Shown here piece by piece: positions 10,761-22,808 of a stretch of DNA of 32,000 nt. Each line of letters starts with the position of its first letter. The first letter of the stretch is position 1. The translations under genes and the position numbers were made by a program. The notes below the pieces were generated by a model. It did not search any database. It was not told where the DNA came from and saw nothing but the letters and a program-made list of their open reading frames with translations. This DNA comes from Blochmannia endosymbiont of Camponotus modoc (GTDB lineage Bacteria > Pseudomonadota > Gammaproteobacteria > Enterobacterales > Enterobacteriaceae): NCBI RefSeq assembly GCF_023585785.1, contig NZ_CP097765.1, forward strand, positions 758,675 through 790,674, read 5' to 3'.

Positions 10761-12088
10761 GCAATACTTATGATATTAGCGCAGAAAATAATCCACTTAC
10801 ATGGAGAATGCGTGACGATAAACAACCAGTATGGTTGCATGAATATAAATCTAAAAATGGGTATCGAGCCGCGTATAAAGCAATTACTCGAATGTCTCCA
10901 GAAGAGATTATTGGATTAGTTAGAAATTCAGGTTTAAGAGGTCGTGGCGGCGGGGGTTTTTTTACCGGAATAAAATGGTCCATGATGTCTCAAAGTAAGT
11001 CAGGCTGCTCTCGTTATTTAGTGTGTAATGCAGATGAAATGGAACCAGGAACTTATAAAGATCGATTTTTAATGGAACGATTGCCTCATTTATTATTAGA
11101 AGGTATATTAATTTCAAGTTATGCTTTAGGGGTATCACGAGCGTATATTTTTTTGAGATATGAATACATAATTGTGGCGAAATATTTAACTCGCGCTATA
11201 GCCGAGATTAAATCAATTGGATTGATTGGTAAAAACATATTGAATAGTGAGTTTAATTTTGAGTTATTCTTACATACAGGAGCTGGAAGATATATTTGTG
11301 GAGAAGAAACAGCGTTGATTAACGCTTTAGAAGGTCGTCGAGCAGTACCGCGTTCTAAACCACCGTTTCCAAGTCATGTAGGATTGTGGGGAAAACCTAC
11401 ATGTGTCAATAATGTTGAGACGTTATGTAACATTCCAGGAATTATTGAACATGGGACCATTTGGTATCAAAATATTTCTTCTAAAAAAAGCAATGATTCA
11501 GGTACAAAACTAATGGGATTTTCTGGTCGAGTAAAAAACCCAGGGGTTTGGGAGTTACCTTTTGGTACAACTGCTAGAGAAATTTTAGAAGATTATTCTC
11601 AAGGAATGTGTCCTGGTTTTAGCTTAAAAGCATGGCAACCTGGGGGTGTGAGTACAGATTTTTTAACTAAAGATCATTTAGATACACCTATGGATTTTGA
11701 TAATATTGCTATTTCTGGCAGTAGATTTGGAACTGGTATGGCAATAGCAATAGATAATACCATAAATATGGTGTCTTTAGTGCGTAATTTAGAAGAGTTT
11801 TTTTCACGAGAATCTTGTGGTTGGTGTACTCCTTGTAGAGATGGTTTACCGTGGATAGTAAAGTTATTGATTTCTTTGGAAAATAAAGATGGTAGGCCTG
11901 GAGACATAGAATTGTTAGAGAAATTGTGTTGTGTACTTGGACCTGGAAGGACTTTTTGTGCTCACGCCCCAGGAGCTATAGAACCTTTGAAAAGTGCTTT
12001 AAAATATTTCAAAAATGAATTTGAATTGGGTATTTATAAAGTTTATAAAAAGGAATTGAATCGTATTGCTTGTGTGCAAATTAATTAA
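10757..12088 (+). CDS. nuoF: NADH:quinone oxidoreductase subunit F (FMN/NADH site)
   Basis: Alignment to E. coli NuoF ([19 protein letters not shown]) puts the start at ATG 10757. That ATG overlaps the nuoE TGA stop as ATGA. The FMN/NADH loop GRGGGGF and the 4Fe-4S motif [12 protein letters not shown] are present. The product is 443 aa from this start. Confidence 0.95.
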   Translation: MSNTYDISAENNPLTWRMRDDKQPVWLHEYKSKNGYRAAYKAITRMSPEEIIGLVRNSGLRGRGGGGFFTGIKWSMMSQSKSGCSRYLVCNADEMEPGTYKDRFLMERLPHLLLEGILISSYALGVSRAYIFLRYEYIIVAKYLTRAIAEIKSIGLIGKNILNSEFNFELFLHTGAGRYICGEETALINALEGRRAVPRSKPPFPSHVGLWGKPTCVNNVETLCNIPGIIEHGTIWYQNISSKKSNDSGTKLMGFSGRVKNPGVWELPFGTTAREILEDYSQGMCPGFSLKAWQPGGVSTDFLTKDHLDTPMDFDNIAISGSRFGTGMAIAIDNTINMVSLVRNLEEFFSRESCGWCTPCRDGLPWIVKLLISLENKDGRPGDIELLEKLCCVLGPGRTFCAHAPGAIEPLKSALKYFKNEFELGIYKVYKKELNRIACVQIN

Positions 12089-12205
12089 AGAATTTTTTAT
12101 CAAACATAAATATAATAATCATTTATATGTTCAATATAAAGAATGTACATTGATGATTTTTAAACTTTTTCAGGCACCAACAAAATATAAAATTGGTATA
12201 TTAAA

Positions 12206-14965
12206 ATGATGATTTCTATTTATATAGAAGGGAAAAAGTATACGGTGGAAGATTCAAAAAATATACTGGAAACATGTTTGTCTCTTGGATTCGACATTCC
12301 TTATTTTTGTTGGCATCCTGCTTTAGGCAGTGTTGGAGCTTGCAGGCAATGCGCAGTGAAACAACAACATTTTGGTAACACAATAAAAGATACAAAAAGT
12401 CATTTGGTGATGTCTTGTATGACACCAGTATCAAATGGTAGTTCTATTATTATTTTTGATGATGAGGTAGAAGAATTTAGAAAGAATATATTGGAGTTGT
12501 TAATGATTAATCATCCTCATGATTGTCCGATATGCGAGGAAGGAGGTAATTGCCATCTTCAAGATATGACAGCAATGGTTGGACAAACATATCGTCGTTA
12601 TAGGTTTAATAAGCGTACACATTATAATCAATATTTGGGACCGTTTATTGGGCATGAAATGAATAGGTGTATTACTTGTTATCGCTGCATACGATATTAT
12701 AATGATTACGCCGGAGGTGATGATTTAGGGGTATTTGGGGTGCATGATAACATTTATTTTGGACGAGTACAAGATGGTATGTTACGAAGTGAGTTTTCTG
12801 GAAATTTAATAGAGATATGCCCTACTGGAGTGTTTACTGATAAAACACAGCCACAAAATTATACCCGTAAATGGGATATGATTTTTGCGCCGAGTATTTG
12901 TCAACAATGTAGCGTTGGGTGTAATATTATTATAGGTGAGCGTTACGGAAAGTTGTGTCGTGTTGAAAATCGCTATAATGGCAATATTAATGGTTATTTT
13001 TTGTGTGATCGTGGCCGATTTGGATGCGATTACGTTAATATTGATAATAGACCTAAAATTCCATCGAATAAGCAAGGCGATAATTGGGTTGTGTTGAATG
13101 AAAGACAAGCGATACAAGAGGCTGCTAATGGATTAAAATATAATTGTAATAGGATAATTGGTATTGGATCTTCTCGTGCCAGTATGGAAAGCAATTTTTC
13201 TTTATTAAAATTGGTAGGACCAGATAATTTTTATAATGGGATTAATAATCTTGAACAAGAGCGATTATTATTAATAGTTGAAATACTGTGTAATAGTGGT
13301 ATTCAAGTCCCGTCATTACATGAAGTGGAAAGTTATGATACAGTGTTAATATTAGGAGAGGATTTAACTCAAACTGGAGCACGAGTAGCACTGTCGATAC
13401 GTCAGGTAGTTAAAGGAAAAGCTCGTAAAGACGCAGGGGATCAAGGAATTTTTGATTGGCAATCTGCGGCTATTATAAATAGCGCTCAAGGTATTAAAAA
13501 TAATATATTGATAACTGGGGTTGACAAGACTAAATTAGACGATGTTGCTATATTAACATATTATGATTCAGTACAAAATCAAGCACGGTTTGGTTTTGCT
13601 GTTGCTCACGCTTTAGATCATACTGCTCCCGAGGTTAAAGATTTTGATTCTAAACTGAATGAGAAATTAGATATAGTTGTACAAAAATTAATGGAAGCGC
13701 GCAAGCCATTAATTATTTCAGGAAGTAATGCAGGTAGTAAAGAATTAATTGCTTCAGCAGCAAATATTGCTCGTGCTTTAAAAAATCGTGGGAGTGAAGT
13801 TGGAATTACTTTTATCGTAGGAGAAGTAAATAGCATAGGTTTAGTAATGTTAGGTAAAAAAAGTCTCGATGTTGCTCTTGTAGATATTTGTAGCACTAAC
13901 ACTTCATCCGTTGGTTTAATTGTCTTAGAAAGTGATTTGTATCGTCATGCACAGGCAAATCAAGTTGATGTTGCTTTAAATAAGGTTAATTATTTAATTG
14001 TATTAGATCATCAATATACTCTGATTCAAAAGAAGGCAAATTTAGTTTTACCAGTTTCTAGTTTTGTTGAAAGCGATGGGACTGTGATTAATTACGAAGG
14101 GCGTGCACAAAGGTTTTTTCGCGTATATAAGCCACAAAGTTATGAAAAAAATACAGTTATTTTAGAAAGTTGGAGATGGTTATATTTAATACATGATTGC
14201 TATATAAATTATATTAGAAAGAAAAATTTGAATATTGATCAGATTATAGATGCTATTATTCATTATTTTCCAAAATTAATTGGTATTAAACAGGCATCTC
14301 CGGACGCATCTTTTCGTATATATGGGCGAAAACTAGCTCGTGCACCGCATCGTTATAGTGGACGTACAGCGATGTATGCTAATGTTGATGTACACGAACC
14401 CTATATATCACAAGATGATGATACGATGTTTTCTTTTTCTATGGAAGGTAATCATGATGTTCAATCTTTTCATAAACAAGTGGCGTTTGCATGGGCTCCG
14501 GGATGGAATTCTCCACAAGCATGGAATAAATTTCAAGATAAAGTAGGTGGGAATTTGCATTTTGGTAATCCGGGAATACGTGTATTACACACTGACAATG
14601 GTTCAACATTGAATTGGTTTAATATGATTCCTCAATCCTTTAAAATTATGAAAAATGTTGATCGGTGGTTGATAGTACCTTATTGGCATTTATTTGGTAG
14701 TGAAGAAACTTCTCAGCGATCCAAGTGTATTCAAGATTGTATGCCAAATCCTTATGTAATGCTCAATCAATTAGATGCGTTGCAATTAAAAATACAAAAA
14801 AATATGTTGCTTAAATTTACATGTGTTGATCAAATTTTATGTTTACCGATTAAATTTAGTACTAATTTACCTATAGGCCATATTGGATTACCTTTAGGTT
14901 TTCCAGGTATTCCTTTATTTTTATCTGGTATGTATGCACAAGATGTTCAAGGGGTATTATTGTGA
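12206..14965 (+). CDS. nuoG: NADH:quinone oxidoreductase subunit G
   Basis: The 919-aa ORF is colinear with E. coli NuoG. It has the N-terminal 2Fe-2S region ([15 protein letters not shown]), [18 protein letters not shown] and CITCYRC. It begins with tandem ATG ATG, and the second ATG (12209) aligns exactly with the E. coli Met1. Confidence 0.96.
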   Translation: MMISIYIEGKKYTVEDSKNILETCLSLGFDIPYFCWHPALGSVGACRQCAVKQQHFGNTIKDTKSHLVMSCMTPVSNGSSIIIFDDEVEEFRKNILELLMINHPHDCPICEEGGNCHLQDMTAMVGQTYRRYRFNKRTHYNQYLGPFIGHEMNRCITCYRCIRYYNDYAGGDDLGVFGVHDNIYFGRVQDGMLRSEFSGNLIEICPTGVFTDKTQPQNYTRKWDMIFAPSICQQCSVGCNIIIGERYGKLCRVENRYNGNINGYFLCDRGRFGCDYVNIDNRPKIPSNKQGDNWVVLNERQAIQEAANGLKYNCNRIIGIGSSRASMESNFSLLKLVGPDNFYNGINNLEQERLLLIVEILCNSGIQVPSLHEVESYDTVLILGEDLTQTGARVALSIRQVVKGKARKDAGDQGIFDWQSAAIINSAQGIKNNILITGVDKTKLDDVAILTYYDSVQNQARFGFAVAHALDHTAPEVKDFDSKLNEKLDIVVQKLMEARKPLIISGSNAGSKELIASAANIARALKNRGSEVGITFIVGEVNSIGLVMLGKKSLDVALVDICSTNTSSVGLIVLESDLYRHAQANQVDVALNKVNYLIVLDHQYTLIQKKANLVLPVSSFVESDGTVINYEGRAQRFFRVYKPQSYEKNTVILESWRWLYLIHDCYINYIRKKNLNIDQIIDAIIHYFPKLIGIKQASPDASFRIYGRKLARAPHRYSGRTAMYANVDVHEPYISQDDDTMFSFSMEGNHDVQSFHKQVAFAWAPGWNSPQAWNKFQDKVGGNLHFGNPGIRVLHTDNGSTLNWFNMIPQSFKIMKNVDRWLIVPYWHLFGSEETSQRSKCIQDCMPNPYVMLNQLDALQLKIQKNMLLKFTCVDQILCLPIKFSTNLPIGHIGLPLGFPGIPLFLSGMYAQDVQGVLL

Positions 14966-15936
14966 TGTTTGGTTCGTCAGAAATTGTTACGAAACATTGT
15001 TTTTCCTCCATTTTTCATGCGGTAATTATTTTGTTAGTGGTATTTGCTTGTGGTGCATACATGAGTTTTTTAGAACGCAGGTTATTGGCGTTGTTTCAAA
15101 ATCGTTATGGTCCTAATAGAGTAGGTTGGCATGGTTCATTACAATTATGCGCTGATTTAATTAAGGTTATGTTCAAGGAGGATTGGATCCCTCCATTTTC
15201 TGATCGTATCGTATTTGTTTTAGCCCCAGTGATAGCTTTTATTTCATCATTAATGAGTGTATTGATTATTCCTTTTACGCCTACGTGGATAATATGGGAT
15301 TGCAATATTGGTGTATTATTCTTTCTTATGATGTCAGGGTTAATGGTTTATTCAGTGTTGCTTGCGGGTTGGGCAAGCAACAATAAATATGCTTTAATTG
15401 GAGCTGTGCGTGCTGCGGCTCAAACTCTTAGTTATGAGGTATTTTTAGGTTTATCTATAATGGGTGTAGTTGCCAAAGCTGGATCGTTTAATTTAAAAAA
15501 TATAGTTGAAGATCAATTATATCTGTGGAATGTAATTCCTCAATTTTTAGGATTTATTACTTTTTTTTTAGCGGGTATGGCTTTATGTCATAGACATCCA
15601 TTTGATCAACCAGAATCAGAACAAGAGTTGGCAGATGGTTATCATATTGAATATTCCGGTATTAAATTTAGTTTATTTTTTATTTCTGGATATATCAATA
15701 TGATTGTCATTGCGTCATTCATTGTAACACTGTTTTTTGGAGGGTGGAAAGGACCTTGGTTTCCTCCTGTAGTTTGGTTTATTACTAAAACTTTTTTATT
15801 GTTGATTCTGTTTATATTGATACGTGCGGCGTTACCACGTCCACGTTATGATCAAGTTATGTTGATAGGTTGGAAAATTTGTTTACCAATGACGTTGTTT
15901 AATTTATTAAGTACTGCTGTTGTTATTTTATTATAA
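14962..15936 (+). CDS. nuoH: NADH:quinone oxidoreductase subunit H
   Basis: The 324-aa ORF is colinear with E. coli NuoH ([53 protein letters not shown]). The start is either GTG 14962 or the adjacent ATG 14965. Both overlap the nuoG TGA stop (14963-14965). Confidence 0.96.
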   Translation: MMFGSSEIVTKHCFSSIFHAVIILLVVFACGAYMSFLERRLLALFQNRYGPNRVGWHGSLQLCADLIKVMFKEDWIPPFSDRIVFVLAPVIAFISSLMSVLIIPFTPTWIIWDCNIGVLFFLMMSGLMVYSVLLAGWASNNKYALIGAVRAAAQTLSYEVFLGLSIMGVVAKAGSFNLKNIVEDQLYLWNVIPQFLGFITFFLAGMALCHRHPFDQPESEQELADGYHIEYSGIKFSLFFISGYINMIVIASFIVTLFFGGWKGPWFPPVVWFITKTFLLLILFILIRAALPRPRYDQVMLIGWKICLPMTLFNLLSTAVVILL

Positions 15937-15960
15937 TTATTAATATAGGTTACATATATT

Positions 15961-16506
15961 ATGATGAAGTTAAAAAAGTTTTTTATAGATATTGGTTCTA
16001 TATTACGTAGTATTTGGATGATAGGCATGCAAGCATTTAGTAAACGTGAAACTCGGATGTATCCCGACGTTCCGTATATTCCATCACCTAGATATCGTGG
16101 TCGTATCGTATTGACTCGAGACTCTTCGGGTCGAGAACGTTGTGTAGCTTGTAATTTATGCGCTGTAGCTTGTCCAGTAGGGTGTATTTCTTTGAAAAAA
16201 GGAGAATCTACAGATGGTCGGTGGTATCCAAAATTTTTTAGAATCAATTTTTCTAGATGTATTTTTTGTGGTATGTGTGAAGAGGCATGTCCAACAGCAG
16301 CTATTCAATTAACTCCAGATTTTGAAATGAGTGACTTTAAAAGACATGATTTAGTGTATGAAAAGTCTGATTTATTAATATCGGGTCCTGGAAAATATTT
16401 AGAGTATGATTTTTATCGATTTTCTGGTAAGGAAATATTAGATAAAAAAAAGGGGGACGCGATAAAAGAATCAAAGCCTATAAATGTTAAAAACATATTA
16501 CCTTAA
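15961..16506 (+). CDS. nuoI: NADH:quinone oxidoreductase subunit I (2x 4Fe-4S ferredoxin)
   Basis: The 181-aa ORF has two ferredoxin motifs, [12 protein letters not shown] and [12 protein letters not shown]. It begins with tandem ATG ATG, and the second ATG (15964) aligns with the E. coli Met1. Confidence 0.96.
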   Translation: MMKLKKFFIDIGSILRSIWMIGMQAFSKRETRMYPDVPYIPSPRYRGRIVLTRDSSGRERCVACNLCAVACPVGCISLKKGESTDGRWYPKFFRINFSRCIFCGMCEEACPTAAIQLTPDFEMSDFKRHDLVYEKSDLLISGPGKYLEYDFYRFSGKEILDKKKGDAIKESKPINVKNILP

Positions 16507-16539
16507 TTTTAAAGTGATGGTTAATGAGAGGAGTGTGGC

Positions 16540-17070
16540 ATGATGGCTCTATTTTATATTTCTGGAATTATAGCAATATTGTCTACGATATGTGTAATAC
16601 TGCATTATAATCCAATGCGTGCTTTATTATACTTAATAGTTTCATTTTTATCTATATCATGCAATTTTTTTTCTGTAGGAGCATCTTTTGCTGCTGCCTT
16701 GGAAATTATTGTTTATGCCGGAGCTATCATGATTTTATTCGTATTTGCGATAATGATGCTTAATACAAAAAATATTATATTTGGTATACAAAAAGAAAGT
16801 AGATTTTTAAACCCCATATTATGTTGTGGTTCTGCGTTGTTGGTAGGTATTTTGTTTGCGATTTTACTGTACATATCCTTTGGGTTAAAAGATGATTTTA
16901 TAAATGTAAACAACTCAATAATAGATTCAAAACAAGTTAGTGTTGTATTATTTGGTCCATATATATTAATGGTAGAGCTAGCGTCATTTTTATTATTAGG
17001 TGCGTTGATTTCTGTGTTTCATTTGTCTCAAAATCATACATTATCTGATGATTGCATTGATTCTACTTAA
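16540..17070 (+). CDS. nuoJ: NADH:quinone oxidoreductase subunit J
   Basis: The 176-aa membrane ORF is colinear with E. coli NuoJ (ALEIIVYAGAIMILFVF, LFGPYILMVELAS). A GAGAGGAG Shine-Dalgarno sequence lies 6 nt upstream. Confidence 0.93.
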   Translation: MMALFYISGIIAILSTICVILHYNPMRALLYLIVSFLSISCNFFSVGASFAAALEIIVYAGAIMILFVFAIMMLNTKNIIFGIQKESRFLNPILCCGSALLVGILFAILLYISFGLKDDFINVNNSIIDSKQVSVVLFGPYILMVELASFLLLGALISVFHLSQNHTLSDDCIDST

Positions 17071-17087
17071 TTAAAAAAATATAAAAT

Positions 17088-17390
17088 ATGATTCCTTTAT
17101 CGCATGCTTTTAGTTTATCTATAATTTTATTTATATTAGGTTTAATAGCTATAATAATAAGACGTGATTTGTTGTTTATATTATTAGGTTTAGAAATTAT
17201 GATTAACGCTGCTGCTTCAGCATTTGTGATAGTAGGATCTTGTTTGGGGCAATCAGATGGTCAGGTTATGTATATTTTAGTAATTACTTTATCTGCTTCT
17301 GAATCTGCAGTTTCTTTAGCATTATTACTTCAATTATATCGTCGTTATCATACATTGCACATTGATAATATTAGTGAGATGCGTGGATGA
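17088..17390 (+). CDS. nuoK: NADH:quinone oxidoreductase subunit K
   Basis: The ORF is 100 aa, the same length as E. coli NuoK. Matches include [26 protein letters not shown] and a C-terminal ISEMRG identical in pattern. Confidence 0.95.
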   Translation: MIPLSHAFSLSIILFILGLIAIIIRRDLLFILLGLEIMINAAASAFVIVGSCLGQSDGQVMYILVITLSASESAVSLALLLQLYRRYHTLHIDNISEMRG

Positions 17391-19273
17391 ATTTACTTTT
17401 TTTAACTATACTTTTCCCATTATTAGGATTTATTACGTTAGCTATTTCTCAAGGAAAATGGTCAGAAAAGACTTCTTCTATAATAGGAGTAGGTACGGTA
17501 GGTATATCAGTATTGGTTGCTATATACATCATATTTAATTTTTATTGCAATTCCAGTAATGACATTAATTTTGTGTTTGTACAGGAACTTTGGACCTGGT
17601 TTACTATTGATACCTTATGTATTACTGTAGCACTTAGATTAGATGGGTTGTCCTTAATCATGTTATCAGTAATTATTGGTGTTGGATTTATCATTCATTT
17701 ATATGCCGCTTGGTATATGAGTGGATGTGAAGGATATTCTCGTTTTTTTGCTTACACTAATTTATTTATGGCAAATATGGTGCTTTTGGTGCTTTCAGAT
17801 AATTTGTTATTGATGTACTTTGGATGGGAAGGCGTAGGACTGTGTAGTTATTTATTAATCGGATTTTACTATTCTGATTCTAGGAATGGAATAGCAGCTT
17901 TAAAAGCATTTATTATTACTCGTGTTGGAGACATATGTTTGGTATGTGCGTTATTCATGATTTATGATCAATATCATACCTTGAGTTTTAGTAAATTACT
18001 AACGTTGGAACTAAAATGTTCATCGTGTCATATTTTTAATGATATCACATGGGTATCTTTTATGTTACTTATTGGGGCAATAGGCAAATCAGCTCAGTTA
18101 CCCTTACAAAATTGGTTAACTAGCGCTATGGCTGGTCCAACTCCAGTGTCGGCATTGATTCACGCAGCTACTATGGTCACTTCTGGTGTGTATTTAATAA
18201 TTCGTATGAATAAATTTTTTTTAATGACTCCAAATATTTTATACTTGACTGGTGTTATTGGTTCATTAACTGTGATTTTATTTAGTTGTTCCGCGTTATT
18301 TCAGAGCAATATTAAAAAGATTTTAGCATATTCTACTATAAGTCAAATAGGATACATGTTTTTAGCGCTCGGAGGTCGACATTGGGATGCAGCTATGTTT
18401 CATTTAGTAACACATTCTTTTTTTAAAGCGTTGTTGTTTTTATCTGCGGGTTCATTAATTTACGCTTGCAGATATGAACAAAATATTTTTAAGATGGGAG
18501 GGTTATATAAATTTATACCTTTAATTTATGTTTGTTTTTTAATAGGCGGAGCATCTTTATCTGGAGTACCTATAATTACTGCTGGAGTTTATTCAAAAGA
18601 AATGATCATGTTAAAAACATTAGCTAATCATGATTATTTTTTCTTGTTATCTGGATTAATAGGAATGTTTTTAACACCTATTTATACGTTTCGAATGATT
18701 TTTGTTGTGTTTCATGGTGAAAAAAAAATAGAGCCATGTGTATGTAATAAAATCACTCAAAATTTACCATTAATCTTATTGTTATTGTTATCGACGTTTA
18801 TTGGTGGATGGATAAAATTACCTTTGTTAACAGATACTATAATTACTAACGTTGGTGAAGTGTATAATTATAGTCAAATATATTTTGAAATAATATCGGG
18901 GCTTTTAGTAATGTTTGGTATTTGGTTGGCATCAATTTTTTGGATGGATTTTTTGCGTGGGATTACAAGACCGGTTATTAGACCTCGTGCAACAGAAGTA
19001 GTAGAACGATACATAGTATTGTTATGTTATTATGGATGGGGATTTGATTGGTTTTACAAATTGATATTTATAAAGCCATATTTATTTATAACAAAAAAAT
19101 TGTCTTATTCTGATCCAGTTGATGTAATAGTGAATGTTATCGTATCGTTATTATGTTGGATTAAGAATGGTTTGATATGTAGTGAAAATGGTAAACTCAG
19201 TTGGTACATAGTATCAATGAACATAGGGGCAATTATGATATTAATCATGATATTAATTTATGATCGTCTGTAA
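17387..19273 (+). CDS. nuoL: NADH:quinone oxidoreductase subunit L
   Basis: The 628-aa antiporter-like membrane ORF contains [15 protein letters not shown] and [28 protein letters not shown]. Its ATG overlaps the nuoK stop as ATGA. Confidence 0.95.
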   Translation: MNLLFLTILFPLLGFITLAISQGKWSEKTSSIIGVGTVGISVLVAIYIIFNFYCNSSNDINFVFVQELWTWFTIDTLCITVALRLDGLSLIMLSVIIGVGFIIHLYAAWYMSGCEGYSRFFAYTNLFMANMVLLVLSDNLLLMYFGWEGVGLCSYLLIGFYYSDSRNGIAALKAFIITRVGDICLVCALFMIYDQYHTLSFSKLLTLELKCSSCHIFNDITWVSFMLLIGAIGKSAQLPLQNWLTSAMAGPTPVSALIHAATMVTSGVYLIIRMNKFFLMTPNILYLTGVIGSLTVILFSCSALFQSNIKKILAYSTISQIGYMFLALGGRHWDAAMFHLVTHSFFKALLFLSAGSLIYACRYEQNIFKMGGLYKFIPLIYVCFLIGGASLSGVPIITAGVYSKEMIMLKTLANHDYFFLLSGLIGMFLTPIYTFRMIFVVFHGEKKIEPCVCNKITQNLPLILLLLLSTFIGGWIKLPLLTDTIITNVGEVYNYSQIYFEIISGLLVMFGIWLASIFWMDFLRGITRPVIRPRATEVVERYIVLLCYYGWGFDWFYKLIFIKPYLFITKKLSYSDPVDVIVNVIVSLLCWIKNGLICSENGKLSWYIVSMNIGAIMILIMILIYDRL

Positions 19274-19355
19274 ATCAGTATAGTATTCTTGATTTATAAT
19301 ATGAGGAAATACAAATATTTAATGTATATGTTTTAGAGAGAAAAACAAAAACAAT

Positions 19356-20897
19356 ATGTTATTAATTATCTTAATATTTATTCCTTTTGTTTTTGGACTG
19401 TTATGTTGGCAATCAGAACGTATTGGATATTGGGTACCGCGTTGGGTTGCTTTATCTGGGATGAGCATAACATTCATTACTACTGTTTTTTTATGGCAGT
19501 ATGAGTGCCATAATCTATTAAATGTGCATCCAACAGAACATGTGTTTCCTAAATGGCAATTAGAATACATATATCCTTGGATCCCAAGATTTGGAATTAG
19601 CGTGCATTTAGCGTTAGATGGATTTTCTTTGTTGATGGTAACATTAACTGGATTTTTAGGATGCATGGCAGTGTTATGTTCTTGGTGTGAGATTCAGCGT
19701 TATCACGGTCTTTTTTATCTTAATTTATTGTGGATTTTAGGTGGAGTTATTGGTGTTTTTTTATCAATTGATATGCTTTTGTTCTTTTTTTTCTGGGAAA
19801 TAATGCTTATTCCAATGTATTTTTTGATATCTTTATGGGGACACAAAGAGGTTAATAGAAGCGGTCGTATTAATACTGCTATTAAATTTTTTGTTTATAC
19901 TCAATTTAGCGGATTATTTATGTTAATTTCTATTATTACTCTTGTTTCTATATATCATGATATACATGGTGTGTGGTCGTTTAATTATCAAGATTTATTG
20001 AATATGTTGCTGCCAGTGAATACGGAATATTTAATTATGTTGGGGTTTTTTTTTGCTTTTGCAGTAAAAATGCCAATCGTTCCTTTTCATGTTTGGTTGC
20101 CTGATGTTCATAGCCAAGCTCCTACTGCTGGGTCAGTAGATTTAGCAGGAATTTTATTAAAAACAGCGGCTTATGGATTTTTCCGATTTGTTTTACCGTT
20201 ATTTCCTTGTGCTTCAAAAGCTTTTGCCCCAATTGCTATGTGTTTGGGTCTGGTAAATATTTTTTATGGAGCTTTTATGGCATTCGCACAAACTGATGTT
20301 AAACGTTTAATTGCGTATACTAGTATATCTCATATGGGATTTGTATTGATCGCAATTTATAGTGGTACTCACTTATCATATCAGGGTGCTGTGATACAAA
20401 TGATTTCTCATAGTTTATCTGTTTCTGGAATGTTTATAATTTGTGGTCAATTATACGAGCGAACACGTACTCGAGATATGCGTTTGATGGGAGGGTTATG
20501 GAGTCGCATGCATTTAATTCCTGCTTTTTCTTTATGTTTCGCAGTAGCAACACTTGGATTACCCGGTACTGGAAATTTTATAGGAGAAGTAACGATTTTG
20601 TTTGGTAATTTTCAATCAGCACCTATAATTACAATAATAGCTTGTTTTGGGATAATATTATCATCAATTTATTCTCTTATTTTAATGCAACGTATATATT
20701 ATGGTCCAATATTGGTTCCCAGAGTTACTAAAAGCAGGTTATTAAGAAATATGACACTACGGGAAAAGAATATTATTATAACGTTGTTATTATGTATTTT
20801 TTTAATTGGTTTTTTTCCGCAATATATTTTGAATGTTTCATATACGACAATGCACAATCTTTGTATTTTGTTAAAAGAATATAACTGTTCAATGTGA
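19356..20897 (+). CDS. nuoM: NADH:quinone oxidoreductase subunit M
   Basis: The 513-aa ORF is colinear with E. coli NuoM (PWIPRFGISVHLALDG, HSQAPTAGSVDLAGILLKTAAYG, IKRLIAYTSISHMGFVLIAIY). Confidence 0.95.
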   Translation: MLLIILIFIPFVFGLLCWQSERIGYWVPRWVALSGMSITFITTVFLWQYECHNLLNVHPTEHVFPKWQLEYIYPWIPRFGISVHLALDGFSLLMVTLTGFLGCMAVLCSWCEIQRYHGLFYLNLLWILGGVIGVFLSIDMLLFFFFWEIMLIPMYFLISLWGHKEVNRSGRINTAIKFFVYTQFSGLFMLISIITLVSIYHDIHGVWSFNYQDLLNMLLPVNTEYLIMLGFFFAFAVKMPIVPFHVWLPDVHSQAPTAGSVDLAGILLKTAAYGFFRFVLPLFPCASKAFAPIAMCLGLVNIFYGAFMAFAQTDVKRLIAYTSISHMGFVLIAIYSGTHLSYQGAVIQMISHSLSVSGMFIICGQLYERTRTRDMRLMGGLWSRMHLIPAFSLCFAVATLGLPGTGNFIGEVTILFGNFQSAPIITIIACFGIILSSIYSLILMQRIYYGPILVPRVTKSRLLRNMTLREKNIIITLLLCIFLIGFFPQYILNVSYTTMHNLCILLKEYNCSM

Positions 20898-20931
20898 TTA
20901 CATTATAACGATAATAGGATCTTAATTTATT

Positions 20932-22422
20932 ATGCTAATAACTTGGACACAAATAATTCTATTGCTGCCTGTATTAATTATTGGAATGACAACAGTCATT
21001 ATTATGTTATCTATTGCATATCGTCGTAATTTATTTTTACATACCTCATTAACAATATTCGGATTTAGTTTAGCAATTATATCGATTGGATTGGTATGGG
21101 ATCAAAGAGCTCAAAACGTTTTTCAATTAATGTGTGTTGATGATTTTTCTATATTATACATAATATTGGTATTAGTTTCTGGTTTATCAAGCTCCGTATT
21201 GGCTTATAAATGGTTGTTAATTTATCCGAGTAATAATCGTGATGAGTTTTATTTATTATTACTTATTTCTAGTATTGGTGGTATTTTATTGGCAACTGCG
21301 AATCATTTAGTAATATTATTTTTAGGAATGGAACTGATTTCATTGCCGTTATTTGGGTTGATAGGTTATTCTTTTTTTAAAAAATTTTCTTTAGAAGCAA
21401 GTATTAAATATATTATATTATCTGGAGTATCTTCATCATTTATATTATTTGGTATAGCATTGATATATGCTGCAACTGGTTTTTTGTCTTTTACTAGTAT
21501 TAATCAATTGTTACGTTTACATATTATTGCGTCGAATCAATCTATACTTATGTCAACCATAGGACTAGGTATGATGATGGTTGGGTTCGGATTTAAATTG
21601 TCATTAGTTCCTTTTCATTTATGGACTCCTGATGTATATCAAGGAGCGCCATCTTCAATATCATTGTATCTGACAACTAGCAGTAAAATAGCTGTAATAT
21701 CTGTATTAATACGATTATTGATGGTGTTTCCTAATCAGTATAATAAGGTATTTTGTGTATTTTTATCAGGTATTGCATGTTGTTCAGCGTTATTTGGTAA
21801 TTTAATGGCTATTAAACAAGATAATATTAAGCGGGTTTTAGCTTATTCTTCAATTGCACATACAGGTTATGTTTTGATTGGTGTAATTGCGATACTACAG
21901 GTCAACCCCATTGCTTTGGAAACTATTGGTATTTATCTTACAAGTTACGTGCTGACTAGTATTGGCGCATTTGGTATTATCAGTATAATGTCGTTTTTTT
22001 ATGCCAATGAGGACACAGACGTAGATTCTTTATTTGTATATCGTGGTCTTTTTTGGCATCAGCCAATGTTATCGGTATTATTTACGATTATTATATTGTC
22101 TCTAGCAGGTATACCTATGACATTAGGTTTCATTGGGAAATTTTATTTGTTTTTTTTGGGAATAGACAGTAAATTATGGTGGCTTACTATTTTTATATCA
22201 ATGAGTAGTGTTATTAGTATATTTTATTATTTAAGAGTTATAATAAATTTATATCTTAGTCCTACAAATCGTTTAAATATCAACTCTGATTCTTTATCTA
22301 GTTGGAGTGTTACTCCTGATGGGATAATAGTGATTATAGTATCTTTTTCTATATTATTTTTAGGATTATACCCAAAGCCTTTGATTTATTTTGTGCATTT
22401 AATATACCCACCGGTAGTTTAA
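20932..22422 (+). CDS. nuoN: NADH:quinone oxidoreductase subunit N
   Basis: The 496-aa antiporter-like membrane ORF is the last gene of the operon, as in E. coli. It contains [14 protein letters not shown] and [15 protein letters not shown]. Confidence 0.94.
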   Translation: MLITWTQIILLLPVLIIGMTTVIIMLSIAYRRNLFLHTSLTIFGFSLAIISIGLVWDQRAQNVFQLMCVDDFSILYIILVLVSGLSSSVLAYKWLLIYPSNNRDEFYLLLLISSIGGILLATANHLVILFLGMELISLPLFGLIGYSFFKKFSLEASIKYIILSGVSSSFILFGIALIYAATGFLSFTSINQLLRLHIIASNQSILMSTIGLGMMMVGFGFKLSLVPFHLWTPDVYQGAPSSISLYLTTSSKIAVISVLIRLLMVFPNQYNKVFCVFLSGIACCSALFGNLMAIKQDNIKRVLAYSSIAHTGYVLIGVIAILQVNPIALETIGIYLTSYVLTSIGAFGIISIMSFFYANEDTDVDSLFVYRGLFWHQPMLSVLFTIIILSLAGIPMTLGFIGKFYLFFLGIDSKLWWLTIFISMSSVISIFYYLRVIINLYLSPTNRLNINSDSLSSWSVTPDGIIVIIVSFSILFLGLYPKPLIYFVHLIYPPVV

Positions 22423-22526
22423 TTGCAATCCAAATGTAATTGGACGATTTTGATTTATATTTTAAATTATTTAACGAATGATTTTATGAGTTTATGAATT
22501 TATAATAATGTCGTTTAAGACACATA

Positions 22527-22808
22527 TTACAGTAGTTTTAATATAATATGTTCTATAGGAACGCAGCAGCATATTAAAATTTCATTAGAACGAATAGAAC
22601 CTAAAGGTTCTGTGTAATATTGTACTTTTCCTCTTATTAATAAGGCACGGCAACTTCCACAGTAACCCGATCGACATTGATAATTTAATGATGGTATATG
22701 ATGCATTTCCAATGCTTCTAATAAGGAACGATATGTTCTGTTATTATGCACAAATTGTATATTTAAATATTTTTTTTGAAGAAAAAATATTTTACAATTG
22801 AAAATCAT
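22527..22808 (-). CDS. yfaE: 2Fe-2S ferredoxin-like protein for RNR cofactor maintenance
   Basis: The small ORF lies immediately downstream of nrdB, as in E. coli. The cluster motif [10 protein letters not shown] plus a downstream CCC matches E. coli YfaE (CREGYCGSCR...CCC). The start is uncertain: ATG at 22808 (93 aa), ATG at 22817 or TTG at 22826, and all three overlap the nrdB 3' end. Confidence 0.75.
   Translation of the reverse strand: MIFNCKIFFLQKKYLNIQFVHNNRTYRSLLEALEMHHIPSLNYQCRSGYCGSCRALLIRGKVQYYTEPLGSIRSNEILICCCVPIEHIILKLL

Noticed and set aside
12806-13117. A 103-aa minus-strand ORF inside nuoG
   Set aside because: It is an antisense shadow of a conserved gene, with a low-complexity I/N/T-rich translation.
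15852-16247. A 131-aa minus-strand ORF
   Set aside because: It is antisense to the strongly conserved nuoH 3' end and nuoI 5' half. It has no recognisable domain. Shadow ORFs like this are typical of AT-rich DNA.
19319-19666. A 115-aa minus-strand ORF
   Set aside because: It is antisense to the conserved nuoM N-terminus and the nuoL-nuoM spacer. It has no Shine-Dalgarno sequence and no recognisable family.
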